Assembly: GCA_051294375.1 (NCBI GenBank)
Contig: CM119264.1
Location: forward strand, 8,192,484-8,256,483
Direction of reading: 5' to 3'
Source: Paraspadella gotoi
Taxonomy: Eukaryota > Animalia > Chaetognatha
DNA length: 64,000 nucleotides
The notes beneath the pieces were generated by a model that did no database searches, had not been told where the DNA came from, and worked only from the letters and a program-made list of their open reading frames with translations. Of this stretch, positions 1 through 14,800 are shown piece after piece. A program made the position numbers and the translations under genes. Every line of letters starts with the position of its first letter. Within the stretch, counting starts at the first letter, position 1.

Positions 1-473
1 AGCGAGAGTTCGATGGTCATCAACCCTATTGCGAGTCAATTTTAAATTTAAATTTGAATACATTCAAGTTAAAAAGTTAAGTTAAAAAAGTTTAAAATAA
101 TTATGAAAGAGAAAGAGAGAGAGAGTCTGGATATGAACGATTCTCGTTAGGAGGCGCCAGGATTCGCGACGGGGGAATTTCTACTTTTTTTATGATTAAA
201 ATTGTTTTGGTTTTGGTTTCCGCCGCAAGATTCTCTCTGGTCTCTTTTTTTTTCACTCCTCTCCTATTCTTCTTTTTTTTCTTAATTAAAACAAAGCCAA
301 AATAACAAAAAATCGGTTATTAACAGGGATAAAGTTTAATATAATTTTCTAAAAGTTAGTTCAACTCGATTTTTTCCTTCATTCTCTTGTCTCCTTTTTT
401 TGACTCTCTCTGGTTCCTTGTTTGCGTTTTGTTTGTTTTGCTTTCTTCATCGTCTCCCCCAATCTAAAGCTTT

Positions 474-552
<79 letters not shown>

Positions 553-1732
553 GGTCCTTGTGGTCGGCGAGACGCAACATCGTTTTGTCCCTGCATGGAA
601 AATGCATGATTCTGCGCGAAGGCGGGAAACGAGCCAATGGAAGTCCACGGGGAGAGAGAAGAGAAAAAAGAAAAAGGGTAGAAGGAGAAAAGAATAAAGA
701 GAGAGAGAACAATATTAAGAGGATTATGAAGAGAAGCAAAAAATGAGGCGGCAGAAAAAAATTTATGGAGGCCGAGAAACTTTCCAACTGGAAAGTGAGA
801 AATTTTCTGAATTTTCTGAATTTAAAAAAAGCCGGAGGGTGACAAACTCGAATTAATTTTAAAATTGAAAAAATAGAAAAAACCTCATTGGCGTCTTTTT
901 TTTTTAGGTTTTCTTTTTCTTTTATAACTTTTCTCACCTTGGACGTAGATTTAAATTACGCCTAAAAGTTTATATCTAAAATCGCTCTGATTCTTCGTCT
1001 GTTTGTTTCCTTTTTTTTACCTATCAAAATTTCAATTTTTATCCCCGGATATCATTTTATCATAAAATAAGAAATCCTAGGAAGAAGAGAGAAACGGGAG
1101 AGGATAAAAGCGGCAGCGAGTTCGGCATTGACAGGATAATTCACCGGCAGCGCGGGTGAGGTTCGCCGGAAAAAGAGCGAATGTTGATGAGGCTGAAGCC
1201 GGGACTGCGGCGGGAGCGGCTGAAGCTGCGGCGGGAGCGGTCGAGGCTGCAGCAGAGTCGGAGAGGTGGGACTCGGAGAGAAACTCAAAGGTGGGCGTTA
1301 GAAGAAGAAAAGAGATGATGGAGGAGGTAGAGAGGAAGAGAGGGAGGATGAGGAGGATGAAGGGAGTGAGGATTAGAAGGAGAGATAGTGAAAAGAATGA
1401 AGGGGGGAGGATAGAATATGGTAAAGAAGAATAGAAATAGGAGAGAGAAGGAGCGAGAGAAAAGGAATCGAAGAAAGTTGAAGAATAAAAAAATAAAAAC
1501 GGGAAGCAGTTCTTTATAAAAAAAATGGAGGAAGGAAAGAGGAAAAGGAAACGGAGGAAGAGGAGGACTGGGTGGGCGTGGCTGAGATTTCAATCACAAT
1601 AGATACCAAAAAATGGGGGAAATAAAAGAATAAAAGACGCAACGAATTCCGAGGCCAAAAAGTTATGGCGCCTGGGGACCCCGCGCGCTTGTGTGTGCAT
1701 GGTGTAGGATGAAGAGAAGAGAGAGAGAGAGT

Positions 1733-1840
<108 letters not shown>

Positions 1841-2739
1841 TTTTTTTCGCTCTCTCTCCCTCTCTCTAAATTTTTTTCCTCCACTTTTTCGAAGGGAAAG
1901 ATTAAAGAGTTTTCCGGAAGGGAGAGATTGAAAGAGAGCGAAAGTGGGAGCGAGACCCGGAAGACGCATTAATCACGGCTTCCGAGTCACTTTCTAATTA
2001 AGGACGGAAGCGGAAAAGAGAGGAATATCGAGGGGAAAGGGGAGGTAAGGATTTTGGGCTCCGGAACAAAGAAAAGACATTTAAGGTGAGGTAGAGGCGA
2101 AGGTAAGTTCATCGGCGAAGAAACGAGAACTTTCCTTTTTGTTTCTTGAATCGCGATTCGAATTCAGTCGCACCTTTTGTTTCCTTTATTTTTTAATTTC
2201 TTTTGTTTTTGTTTTTGTTCGTTTTATTTTTTTTCACATTTTCTTTCTTGTACCAAATAATTTGAATAATTTCAATAACCGTAACTATAAGAGATATAGA
2301 TTATCGAGCTTGCCGTCTCAGAAATTCTTGACGGATGCTACTGCACCTATAATTTGAATGAAATCATTAAAAAACAAATAAAAAAATAAACTCATCAAAA
2401 AATCTTATTCAGAAGGAAGAGCAGCGATCAAAAAGAAAGATGCAAGCTGCTGCAGCTTTTGGAATTTTCTCTCCTCAAGGCAACCAATATTTAAGGCAAC
2501 TTTTCAATGAGCAAAAAGAGCGGATCGGTCGCTAATTTAAGATTTGATGCAAAGTGATTAATATTTTCACGTCAGTCTTAACTCAGGACAAGGAAGACCA
2601 GTTTAGACAGAATCGGTTCAGGATATTCAGGTTCGGTTGGACAGGATTCCGTTGAGAGTATGAAGAGAATATTTTTACATATTTTGACTTCAGCTCTGAT
2701 CTCGATAAAGGAGGGTGTTACGAGAGAGGGTGAGAGAGA

Positions 2740-2787
<48 letters not shown>

Positions 2788-3072
2788 GAGAGAGAGAAAG
2801 TTAAAGACGGAATATTAATTAGAAAAAAATTTTAATTTTACGTTCGCGCAAAAAGTTTCGCATTTTTTAAAAGTTCCTCGATATGAATGGCAAAATAATT
2901 CTAAGGATTCTTTACTGATCTGTCAAGGTTAACGTTCTCTCTATTTCGCGGGTGGAAACTAACTTTTCTTCTGATGACAATTAATTCTTTTCGAAACCTG
3001 TCAATTTTCTAAGCAACTCTTTTTTCAAGTTTGGTTGTCATAAAAAGTCCAGGTAAAGATACTCCTCCCTGC

Positions 3073-3110
<38 letters not shown>

Positions 3111-3403
3111 CATCGTCGTCGTCATGTCACTCTCCGAGCTCCAGTTCGTCAGGTGTTGCCGGGTTTTTTGGTCATTTGCTTTCCTTCTGTCAATAAATCA
3201 GTGGAAACCGAAAGTAATTTTTAACCGAAACAGAGAAACCGAAAAACAAAGGATTGTTGTTCCCAGTTCTTTTTTGTCGTTGTTGTGGTCCTTGTTGTCT
3301 AGGTTAGTGAGTAGTTAGTGTTTTGGTGTTTTTTATAGCTATATAACTCTCTAAAGTATATAATATTTTTAATATTTCTTCTCTATTTGTTTTTTTTTGT
3401 TTT

Positions 3404-3495
<92 letters not shown>

Positions 3496-6400
3496 TCGTC
3501 CTCTCTTTCTTTCTTTGTTTCTTTTTTTTCCTTTTTCCTTTTTCTCTTTAATTTTCTTTTTGTCTTTTTGTAAAAGAAAAAAAAAGGAAAGAAAACGTGA
3601 GCGGCTAGTGAAGAAAAATGATGGCAGGCTTCCAGCGAGAGTCGTTTGTGTTTTGGACAGGCGCAAAACAAATGAGAGAGAGAATGAGTGAGAGGGAGAG
3701 TGAGTGAGAGAGAGAGAGAGAGGGCAAGGGAGACGGCAAAGAAACTCCCCCACCCGGCAAATGAATTATGCTAATTTTCATTCCGCTTTTTACTTCCGAT
3801 AAAAAATCTTGATTTCATTACCGAAAGAAAGACACCAGAGATGNNNNNNNNNNNNNNNNNNNNNNNNNAAACGGAGAGGACGATCGGTCCTTCTCAACCC
3901 TCCTCCCACAGTTTCAACTATTGTTGATGTCTAAATTGTCATTACAATTTCTACTCCTTTTCAACTTCGAGTTTCTACTGTTTTTTGTTGTTTTTTTTTT
4001 CTTATCCAATTTTTCGTCAGGATTCCGTTTTCTTTTTCTCTCTTCGCGTTTTCCATTTCGCTTTTTCGCTTCGGCCCCCCCCGACCCGAATTTCTTCTTC
4101 TTTTACCCAGTATTCTTGATATTATTTTGATATTTTTTATTATATTTTAAAATATCGTGATTCGTTTTCAGCAACAGTTTTTATAAGGAATTAATTAGAA
4201 GAAGGAAGAATAAAACAAGAAGAAAGAAAGAATGAATGAAGAAAAAGAAAATGAAAAGAAAGAAAGAAGAAAGAAAGAAGAAAGAAAGAAAAAGTAAAAA
4301 AGAAAGAAAAGAAAGAAAGAAAGAAAGAAGAAAGAAAGAAAAAGAGAGAGGAGAGCAAAGAAAAATAGAGTTAGACAAAAAGATATATAAGTGAGATATA
4401 GAGAAGAGAGTGAGACCGAGAGACAGAGACAAGGAGACATAGAAAGACAGAGACTGAGAGAAAGAGACTGAGAGACAAACAGACAGAACAATTACGCCCC
4501 GTTCTGCGGATTCGAGTTAATCATCTTTCTCGGTCCACTCATTCTCTCGTGTCGAGATTTATTTTCGTCTCTCTCTCTCTCTCTCTCTCTCATCTCCTTG
4601 TTATTTCAAAATCCTCCACAGACTTATCAACTTTTTTCTTTTCGTCGTCGATTCGTATTTTTATCCGACCGGTCTCCGTCGCCATTATGCAAATTTTATT
4701 GGCTCCAACCATAAACAGGGTCGCCGGCATAAAAAGAACATCATCAACGAAGGTTGCCATGGGGACCGGATAGATAGAGAGGAAGATGATGACGACGGAC
4801 GACGACGACGACGATGGAGTATAGACTGAATCGTTAAAACGTATCGGTCATCGCCGTCAATGTGGAGTCGCCCGAGGGAGGAGGAGGAGGAGGAGGAGGT
4901 GATGGGGCAGAAGGAGGCTGGAGTGAGACCCCGACGATTTTCCCCATCACTCGTTGATGGAGAAGACGATGATGACGACGAAAATATGACACCGACAACA
5001 ACGTTATTGATATAAAGTATTGAAAAGAAGTTGGAAAGAATTCATTTTGCTTTGGAGAAAAGAAGCGAAGACGACGACGACGACGACGATGACGACGAGA
5101 GAGAAACTTAAAGAGTCGGAACTCCAATCACTGTCATTTGTTTTTGTTTTAATGTTTGATTTATCTTTTTACATAATTATTTGTTTTATTTATGTATTCC
5201 TTTGAGTTATTTCAGGTTCCCTTCTTTACTCTTAACTACGACTAACGTGACAACAATTTTTTCCATCTTCCTTTAACGTGACATCAATTTTGCCATCTTC
5301 CTTTAACGTGACATCAATTTTTGCCATCTTCTTTTAACGTGACATCAATTTTGGCCATCTTCCTTTAAACGTGACATCAATTTTGCCATCTTCTCTTTAA
5401 CGTAAATATTTATTTAGATGCCATGTTCGTTCTTGGCCATTTTCACTGCGTGTCATCTCCTACTTTCCCTTTTGCCATAACCTCTCTTTTTTTACCACTT
5501 CTCCTTTTCTTCTTTTCTCCCGAATAAGTTGTGATGAGGTGTATACGTATTCCAAAAAATTTCAGACTTTTTTTCGATCTTCTGGGCTCTTGTCTTTCTC
5601 GTCCTTTTGTGCCTTCTCTTTCTGTTCGCCTCAACTCACCCCCTTTGTCCTTCTAGATCTTATTTACATCCTCTTTGTCTTCCTTGTCTTCTTTCCATCG
5701 TTTACCTCCGCTTCTATTTGTCCTCGTTTTCTCATCATCTTTCGTATTCATTGTTCCTCCTCATTTCATGGTTTTCTTTGTCCTTCCATTCTCCCCATCT
5801 CCTCGCTTTCTTTGTTCCTTTCCCTCATCCTCTTCATTCGTCTTTCTTTGTCCTCATCTTCATCTTTCCCGATCTCCTTGTCCTCCAATTAAGTTTCTCC
5901 TCTTCATCTCAAACATCCTGCGCTTTCATTTTTTTTAATCGTTTCTTTTCTCATCTGTCATTTAATTTTTATTCTCGACTATATAGTAAGAATTTGCAAA
6001 CTAATCGTCCCATACAACTTGCGCAAGTTAATAGCAAGGCAAACAACAACGGAAGAAAAACGAAAATCTGATTGATGTGATTTTGGTCTACTTTTTTTAA
6101 AGTCATTTTTAGTACTACTACATATCTGAAAAAAGTAGCCACTAGTTTAGCTTTAAATACATTATTATTTCTTTTTAACTATGATTGGTGGCAAGAAAAA
6201 TTTGAATTGGTTTTAACTAGTAGGTTTTCTTTTCTTTATTATTATAATTAATAACCGATATAATGGCGTATGAATGCATCAAATGTTTAAGTGAATATCA
6301 TTTTTTGGAATGCGGCAGAGCTTCAGATTCTGATTTGTACCATTTTGGCTATTTTGAAGGTTGATGTTGAAATGACCCTTTTTCTTAAGTCAGAGTCCTC

Positions 6401-6676
6401 AAAATGAATTGGAAAAAGTGATTTCCAATAGGTAAGTGTTGATGACTCTTCTTTTTCTGACGGATGTTTACAATATAGTATTGACAAATCATAATGGAAA
6501 TTAAATATATAAAAGGGTTGACAATAAATTTCTTTCCTTTTTTATAAAAATTACTTTTTTAATTGCTGCCAAATATTCTATTTTAATAATAAATATGAAA
6601 CAATATATCTTTTTTTGTTGGTCTCTCTCCTTCTCGCTTTCTCTCTCTCTCTCTCTCTCCTCTCTCTCGTCTCTCT

Positions 6677-6729
<53 letters not shown>

Positions 6730-7194
6730 CCTCTCTCCCTTGAAATCCAATCTTTCGAATTATCCCACATTAATTTATTTCCCATTCTTTCCTTTTTATT
6801 CTTCCATTTCCTTTTTTATTCCCTTTCATCCTCCCATTTCTTTTTTCTTTTCTTTACTTTTTCATTCCATCTTTTCTTTTCTTTTCCTTTCTTTTTCTTT
6901 TCTTTTCATTTATTTTCTTTTTATGAATCAAACTGCGGTTTTGAGCCCAAAATAACGTCAAGACTTCTGAATCTTTTATTTCCTGTGATTTATGGATATT
7001 ATTTGTTCGAACTCTTATTTCGATTACTTTGAAACAAATTATTTAAAAAATAGGGAAAAACAAAATTCACAATGATGGTTTTAAACCTGAAAATTTTACT
7101 AATTCTATTTAGACAATGTTGAAACTACTAGTATATTTATTAACTAATAAAACATATCCAGTGTAGAGGCATCTTATCGAATAATCCCTAAAGT

Positions 7195-7300
<106 letters not shown>

Positions 7301-9094
7301 GCATTATTCGACTATTATTCGGATAAGATGCCTCTACACTGGATATGTTTTATTAGTTAATAAATATACTAGTAGTTTCAACATTGTCGTAAATAGAATT
7401 AGAAAATTTTCATGTTTAAAACCATCATTGTGAATTTTGTTTTTCCCTATTTTTTAAATTAATTTGTTTCAAAGTAATCGAAATAAGAGTTCGAACAAAT
7501 AAATATCCATAAATCACAGGAAATAAAAGATTCAGAAGTCTTGACGTTTTTTTGGGCTCAAAACCGCATTTGATTCATAAAAAGAAAATAAATGAAAAGA
7601 AAAGAAAAAAAGGAAAAGAAAAGAAAAGAGGAATGAAAAAGTAAAGAAAAGAAAAAAGAAAATGGAGGATGAGAAGGGAATAAAAAAGGAAATGGAAGAA
7701 TAAAAGGAAAGAATGGGGAAATAAATTAATGTGGGATAATTCGAAAGATTGGAATTTCAAAAAGGAGAAGGAGAGAGGAGAGAGAGATGAGAGAGAGAGA
7801 GAGAGAGAGAGAAGAGAGAGAGAGAAGAGGAGAGAGAGAGAGAGAGGAGAGAGAGAGAGGAGAGAAAGCGAGAGGAGAGAGACCAACAAAAAAAGATATA
7901 TTGTTTTCAGTATTTATTATTAAAATAGAATATTTGGCAGCAATTAAAAAAGTATTTTTATAAAAAAGGAAAGCAAATTTATTGTCAACCCTTTTATATA
8001 TTTAATTCCATTATGATTTTGTCAATACTATATTGTAAACATCCGTCAGAAAAAGAAGAGTCATCAACACTTACCTTTGGAAATCACTTTTTCCCAATTC
8101 CATTTTGAGACTCTGACTTAAGAAAAAGGGTCATTCACATCAACTTCAAAATAGGCCAAAATGGTACAAATTCAGAAATCTGAGCTCCTGCCGATTCCAA
8201 AAATGTATTCACTTTAAACATTTGATGCATTCTACGCCATTTTATATCGGTTTTAATTATAATATAAAAGAAAAGAAACCTACTAGTTAAACCAATTCAA
8301 ATTTTTCTTGCACCAATCATAGTTAAAAAAGAAATAATAATGTATTTAAAGCTAACTAGTGGCTACTTTTTTTCAGTGTAGTAGTACTAAAAAATGAACT
8401 TTAAAAAAGTAGACCAAAATCAATCAATCAGATTTTCGTTTTTCTTCGGTTGTTGTTTGCCTTGCCTATTAACTGCCAAGTGTATGGGACGATTAGTTTG
8501 CAAATTCTTACTATATAGTCGAGAATATAAAAATTAAAATGACAGATGAGAAAAGAAACGATAAAAAAAATGAAGCGCAGGATGTTTGAGATGAAGAGGA
8601 AACTTAATTGGAGGACAAGGAGATCGGGAAAGATGAAGATGAGGACAAAGAAGACGAAGAAGAGGATGAGGAGAAGGACAAAGAAAGCGAGGAAGAGGTG
8701 GAGAATGAGAAGGACAAAGAAAACCATGAGAATGAGGAGGACAATGAATACGAAGATGATGAGAAAAACGAGGACAAATAGAAGCGAGGTAAACGATGAA
8801 AAAGAAGACAAGGAAGACAAAGAGGATGTAAAAAGATCTAGAAGGACAAAGGGGTGAGTTGAGGCGAACAGAAAGAGAAGGACAAAAAGGACGAGAAAGG
8901 ACAAGAGCCCAGAAGATCGAAAAAAAGTCTGAAATTTTTTTGGAATACGTATCACCTCATCACAACTTATTCGGGGAGAAAAGGAAGAAAAGGGAGAAGT
9001 GGTAAAAAAGAGAGGTTATGGCAAAAGGGGAAAAGTAGGAGATGACACGCAGTGAAAATGGCCAAGAAACGAACATGGCATCTAAATAATATTT

Positions 9095-9251
9095 ACGTTA
9101 AAGGAAGATGGCAAAATTGATGTCACGTTAAAGGAAGATGGCAAAATTGATGTCACGTTAAAGGAAGATGGCAAAATTGATGTCACGTTAAAGGAAGATG
9201 GCAAAATTGATGTCACGTTAAAGGAAGATGGAAAAAATTGTTGTCACGTTA
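9095..9251 (+). repeat. 30-bp minisatellite (ACGTTAAAGGAAGATGGCAAAATTGATGTC) x ~5
   Basis: Four perfect units plus one variant, with no spacers. The mirror copy at 5245-5403 carries indels in most units. Confidence 0.95.
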
Positions 9252-9314
9252 GTCGTAGTTAAGAGAAAAGGGGAACCTGAAATAACTCAAAGGAATACAT
9301 AAATAAACAAATAA

Positions 9315-9864
9315 TTATGTAAAAAGATAAATCAAACATAAAAACAAAAACAAATGACAGTGATTGGAGTTCCGACTCTTTAAGTTTCTCTCGTCGTCGT
9401 CATCGTCGTCGTCGTCGTCGTCTTCGCTTCTTTTCTCCAAAAGCAAAATGATTCTTTCCAACTTCTTTTCAATACTTTTATCAATAACGTTGTTGTCGGT
9501 GTCATTTTCGTCGTCATCATCGTCTTCTCCATCAACGAGTGATGGGGAAAATCGTCGGGGTCTCACTCCAGCCTCCTTCTGCCATCACCTCCTCCTCCTC
9601 CTCCTCCTCCCTCGGGCGACTCCACATTGACGGCGATGACCCGATACGTTTTAACGTCGTCTATCTCATCGTCGTCGTCGTCGTCGTCGTCATCATCTTC
9701 CTCTCTATCTATCCGGTCCCCATGGCAACCGTCGTTGATGATGTTCTTTTTATGCCGGCGACCCTGTTTATGGGTTGGAGCCAATAAAATTTGCATAATG
9801 GCGACGGAGACCGTCGGGATAAAAATACAGAATCGACGGACGAAAAAGAAAAAAGTTGATAAGT
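9315..9864 (-). CDS. Candidate acidic, low-complexity coding exon (~180 codons); mirror copy at 4622-~5170 on the plus strand
   Basis: Acceptor cctccacag|. ORFs 9563..9796 and 9315..9566 join into one frame (...NVESPEGGGGGGGGDGQKEAGVRPRRFSPSLVDGEDDDD...IEKKLERIILLLEKRSE...) if the G-run that reads GG in one arm and GGGG in the other is truly GGG. Confidence 0.35.
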
Positions 9865-10145
9865 CTGTGGAGGATTTTGAAATAACAAGGAGATGAGAGA
9901 GAGAGAGAGAGAGAGACGAAAATAAATCTCGACACGAGAGAATGAGTGGACCGAGAAAAGTGATTAACTCGAATCCGGCAGAACGGGCGTAATTGTTCTG
10001 TCTGTTTGTCTCTCAGTCTCTTTCTCTCAGTCTCTGTCTTTCTATGTCTCTTTGTCTCTGTCTCTCGGTCTCACTCTCTTTCTCTATATCTCACTTATAT
10101 ATCTTTTTGTCTAACTCTATTTTTCTTTTGCTCTCTCTCTCTTTT

Positions 10146-10221
<76 letters not shown>

Positions 10222-11130
10222 TCATTTTTTTTCTTTCTTTCATTCATTCTTTCTTTCTTCTTGTTTTATTTCTTTCCTTCTTCTAATTAATTCCTTATAA
10301 AAACTGTCTGAAAACGAATCACGATATTTTTAAAAATATAATAAAAAATATCAAGAATAATATCAAGAATACTGGTAAAAGAAGAAGAAATTGGGCCGAG
10401 AGCGAAAAGCGAAATGGAAAACGCGAGAGAGAAAAAGAAAACGGAATCCTGACGAAAATTGGATAAGAAAAAAAAACAACAAAAAACAGTAGAACTCGAA
10501 GTGAAAAGGAGAAATTGTAATGACTAAATTTAGACATCAGACAATATTGAAAAACTGTGGGGAGGAGGGGGTTGAGAAGGAAGCGAGAGAATATTTTGAA
10601 TTTTAGAATTAGAAACGAAAATAAGAAAAAAGTTAATCGAATTTGGTGAAAAGAGTTTTTCACGTCTGAAGGAAGAATCCAAAAATATTCCGATTTCGCC
10701 CAATTTTCTTTTTTTTTTTTTTGGTTCGAATTTCGGGGACGAAAATTGGAAAAATGGAGAAAAGGAAAGAATTGGAAAGTCACCGGCCGTGAATTGTGAA
10801 TTCGTGAGTCCGTGAATCGGAAGGTTGGGGGGAAGAAAAAAGAGTTTCTTAACCTTTTGACATCGAGGGTTTACTGAGAGTTTAATATTTTCACAAAAAA
10901 GTAAATGAAAAATCGTTCGGGAAAATTAGTAGCGATTTACGATTTCTCTTCCTTCATTTCAGTTATATTATAATAATATAATATAATAATATAATATAAT
11001 ATAATCTTATATTTTTTTGGGAAGAGTATCAGTGAATAATAATTTAAGTTAACTTAATATATAATACCACTTGAAAAAATTATTTCAAATAAATCTACAT
11101 CGATTTCTTCCTCTCTCTCTCTCGCTCTCG

Positions 11131-11175
<45 letters not shown>

Positions 11176-11624
11176 CCCTTAATGATTAACTGAAGAGAGT
11201 GATTTCCTCTTCCCTCCGCCGAAGGACACAGAACAAAATTCTTTTAATCTGTCTCTCTCTCACTCTCTCATCCATTATTCACAAAAACCTTATTAATGAC
11301 TCAGATTCTTTTCTTTTTAAACACACATTTTTAAAAATTTTAAAGCCCCATTTTTTCTTTTGTATATTTATCATCTCATGTTAAATCTAATGTTACATAG
11401 TCGATTGGTCGGTTGGTTTTTCGTTTCTTTCGTCGAAATTTATTTTTTTCCGATTTCCTTTGAAACTTTTTGGCTTCGGCGTCCGACGTCGCCGAGCAAC
11501 AGAGTCACGCCCACGAACCCGAACAATGGGGGCCGCCATTTTGAATTTTTTAGACTAAACGAATAAATGAACAGCAAAGGGGAAGTAAGGGAACTTGAGT
11601 CGGGGTTCTTGTTTTTGTTTATCC

Positions 11625-11721
<97 letters not shown>

Positions 11722-11855
11722 TATATTTACATACTTCTTTTCTTTTCTTTTCTGTCACTTTCTCCGGCACTTTATTTCTTTCATTCTTTCTTTCAACTGT
11801 TATCGTCTCCATCTTGTCGCAATTTCCGCTCCGAGAGTCAGTAAACAAATTGACG

Positions 11856-11937
<82 letters not shown>

Positions 11938-12154
11938 TCCGATGTCTTTTGTTTTCTGTCTCATTTTTTTTGGTTGGCCTTAATTTCCTGGCTTTTACTT
12001 TAGAGTTAATTTCCCGGTCTGTGTTTTTGCCTCAGTCTTTGTCAGTCTTCGACTGTCATCTTCGACTTTGTCTTTCTTTTCAACTTTGGTTATTTTTTTT
12101 CTTAGGCTCTCATCATTGACACTGGACTATGTCGTTATCCGTCCGAGAGATAGA

Positions 12155-12244
<90 letters not shown>

Positions 12245-12351
12245 ACGATGGTGGCTCTTCTCTGTTTAACGTTTTTCTATTTTTGGAACCTTTTAAAACC
12301 GGAGGCAGAAAAGGAGGGAAAGTCCTTGATTAAAGAGAGAGCAGAACACAG

Positions 12352-12461
<110 letters not shown>

Positions 12462-13060
12462 ATTTCTCAAGCTCCATCCCAGTTTACTTAAGAGCGACCG
12501 TTCGCGTTTAACCATTCCCTTTAACGATGTTGATCAACACTTTTGTCGTTGTCTTTTTCATCTTTGACGTTATATTGTTTGTTGTTGTTATTGTTTTCGT
12601 CTCGTTCCCCGCTCCTCGTCATGGTTGACTTTGTTCGCGGTTCACTTTGTCCTCGGTGTCGTCGTCGTTGTTCCCTTTCGCCATTGTCGTCGTCGTCATC
12701 GTCTTTTTTTTGTCGTCGTCATCGTTGTTCCCTTAGTCGTCGTTATCGTCATCGTTGCGTTCGTCGTCGTCGTCGTAATTGTCGTCTTCTTCGTCGTCCA
12801 CTAATGAGGCCCCACTCGGATGAGACTTTGAATCGACGGAGGAAACGGAATCGTTTGTCATGTCAGAGACAGAGTCTGTGGGGGGAAGGAGGGGGAGAGA
12901 GGGAGAGAGGGAGAGAGAGAGAGAGGGAGAGAGAGGGAGAGGGAAAGGGGAGGATAAAGGATAATCATAAAGTCGGCAGCAAATGAAGGAGGGAAGCTGA
13001 AAGTGAGGTAAGTCGATGCCAAAGAGACTTAAATAGACTTTGACGACGTCGACGGTCGTC

Positions 13061-13218
13061 GTCTCGATGGCAGAAGGCGGTGAATCGAGTCGTTATGAGG
13101 TTGAGGTCGCGGGTTCGATCCCAAGCGAACCCAAGAATTGTAAATGATAATACAACTATCTAAGGTCGGATACAGCACGATAATATATATGCTATACTAT
13201 ACTCTATTATACATAACG
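13061..13218 (+). mobile_element. tRNA-derived SINE-like fragment or decayed tRNA pseudogene
   Basis: B-box/T-arm GAGGTCGCGGGTTCGATCCC (GGTTCGATCCC at 13112-13122), an A-box-like TGGCAGAAGGCGG about 44 bp upstream, and an AT-rich simple tail. No complete cloverleaf. Confidence 0.45.
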
Positions 13219-13621
13219 GATGAGGGCCGAGATGAAGACAGGAGTTTACTTTGCCGGCGACGAAGTCGTGGCTTCTTCTGCAGATGGTTGAGAAGACGCC
13301 GATGAAACACGGCGTGGAATAGCGAAGGGGAATGGTAAAAAAAATTATTTCTGCTGTACGAAGAAGAAAATGCTTTAAGATGCGGCAGGATGCGGCAAAG
13401 TGGGACTCGAAAAACTTAAAGTCCCCAACACCAACAATTTTTTTCGTCTTACCTCTCTCTAAGTTTCACACTCACTCTTATCCCGTTTCCTCCTCCTCTT
13501 CCTCCTCTTCCTCCTCTTTCTTTCTGACGCCTCTCCTTTTCGCGGGGAGGCAGGTTTTAGCACCTGAGTTAATTACGCAATCCATGGCAGAAAAGAGAGA
13601 GAGCGACCGGAAAGGGGGGAG

Positions 13622-13735
<114 letters not shown>

Positions 13736-14732
13736 CCATAGACAAGAAAAAAAAACCGGAAGGGAAAATTAAAAAAAAAGGACGAAAACGAAAGCGAAAT
13801 ATAATAAGAGAAAACAGAGGAAAAGAAGGGGAGGAAACAAAGGAAGAAAAACAGGAAAACGAAATGAAAATGGGTTCAAAAAAGAAAATATTTTCGGGAA
13901 CAATGAAATGGAAAGAATAGAGATGAATCTGTAGTGCTGATAGATATAAAACAAGAACGGTGATTCCAATGGGTTGCACCACATGACATGACATGACATG
14001 ACTAAAAAACTTTCTTAGCCCTTGTATTTATGACATGCAATGCATCGAAATTTTTTCTTTTATTCTTTTTAGTTTCAGGATTTCCTGAAGGCGTCGCTTG
14101 CAGTCACTTAGATTTGTGGTTTTTTCCTCTCTTAACAAATAAGCAAACAACTATAGGCAAATTATATGCATTTTTAACGTAAATGGGACAGAGCGACGGA
14201 CAGACTTACCGACCGACAGACAGGCAGACCGACCGCGAGTACTCCCGTCGCAACTAAAAATCAAAATCTTGAACAGCAAATTCCGTATCTTGAAACAAGT
14301 GAGACAAAAAAAGAATGAAAAACAGAAGTAATGCAGTGAGAAAGGAGAACACTTTTCCCGTTGGAATAAAATGGCTCCGTATATTACGTATAAATTCCAA
14401 TACGTATAAATTGGCAAAAGATGAAAATTCTCTGGGAAAGTTGGAATTGTCTCCTCTTTCTCACTTCATTCCCAGTTTGAAGCGCGAAAACAATTGTTTT
14501 TTTTTTCTTTCTCACTTTTCTTTGCTTCTTTATGATTTAGTTTTGTTGATATCAGAATTGCGACGACGCCCGCTTGGCGACAAGGCTTGGCAACGGTCTG
14601 CCCTCGGAAACGTCGCCCACGAGACGTCGTCTTGGAAACGGCGTCTTGACAACAAAAATAATCAACGAAATTTTTCATTGATCACAAACGCGATGGCGTG
14701 AAAATTAAGAGGAGAGGTTTTAGGACTCCAGA

Positions 14733-14800
<68 letters not shown>

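Noticed and set aside
1105-1290. GC-rich patch with a 21-bp repeat, open on both strands (Ala- or Pro/Gln-rich)
   Set aside because: Frame and strand are ambiguous, there is no recognisable homology, and splice support is weak.
8540-9055. E/D/K-rich acidic ORF (EDKEDEE...; mirror at 5443-5960)
   Set aside because: Both arms share an in-frame TAG (gacaaatag) and the region is a degenerate GAGGACAAAGAA repeat; coding status is unsupported.
9095-9251. 30-bp direct repeats resembling a CRISPR array
   Set aside because: The units are head-to-tail with no spacers, there are no cas genes, and the context is eukaryotic.
13061-13135. Functional tRNA gene
   Set aside because: Only the T-arm/B-box is well formed; the acceptor and anticodon stems do not pair.
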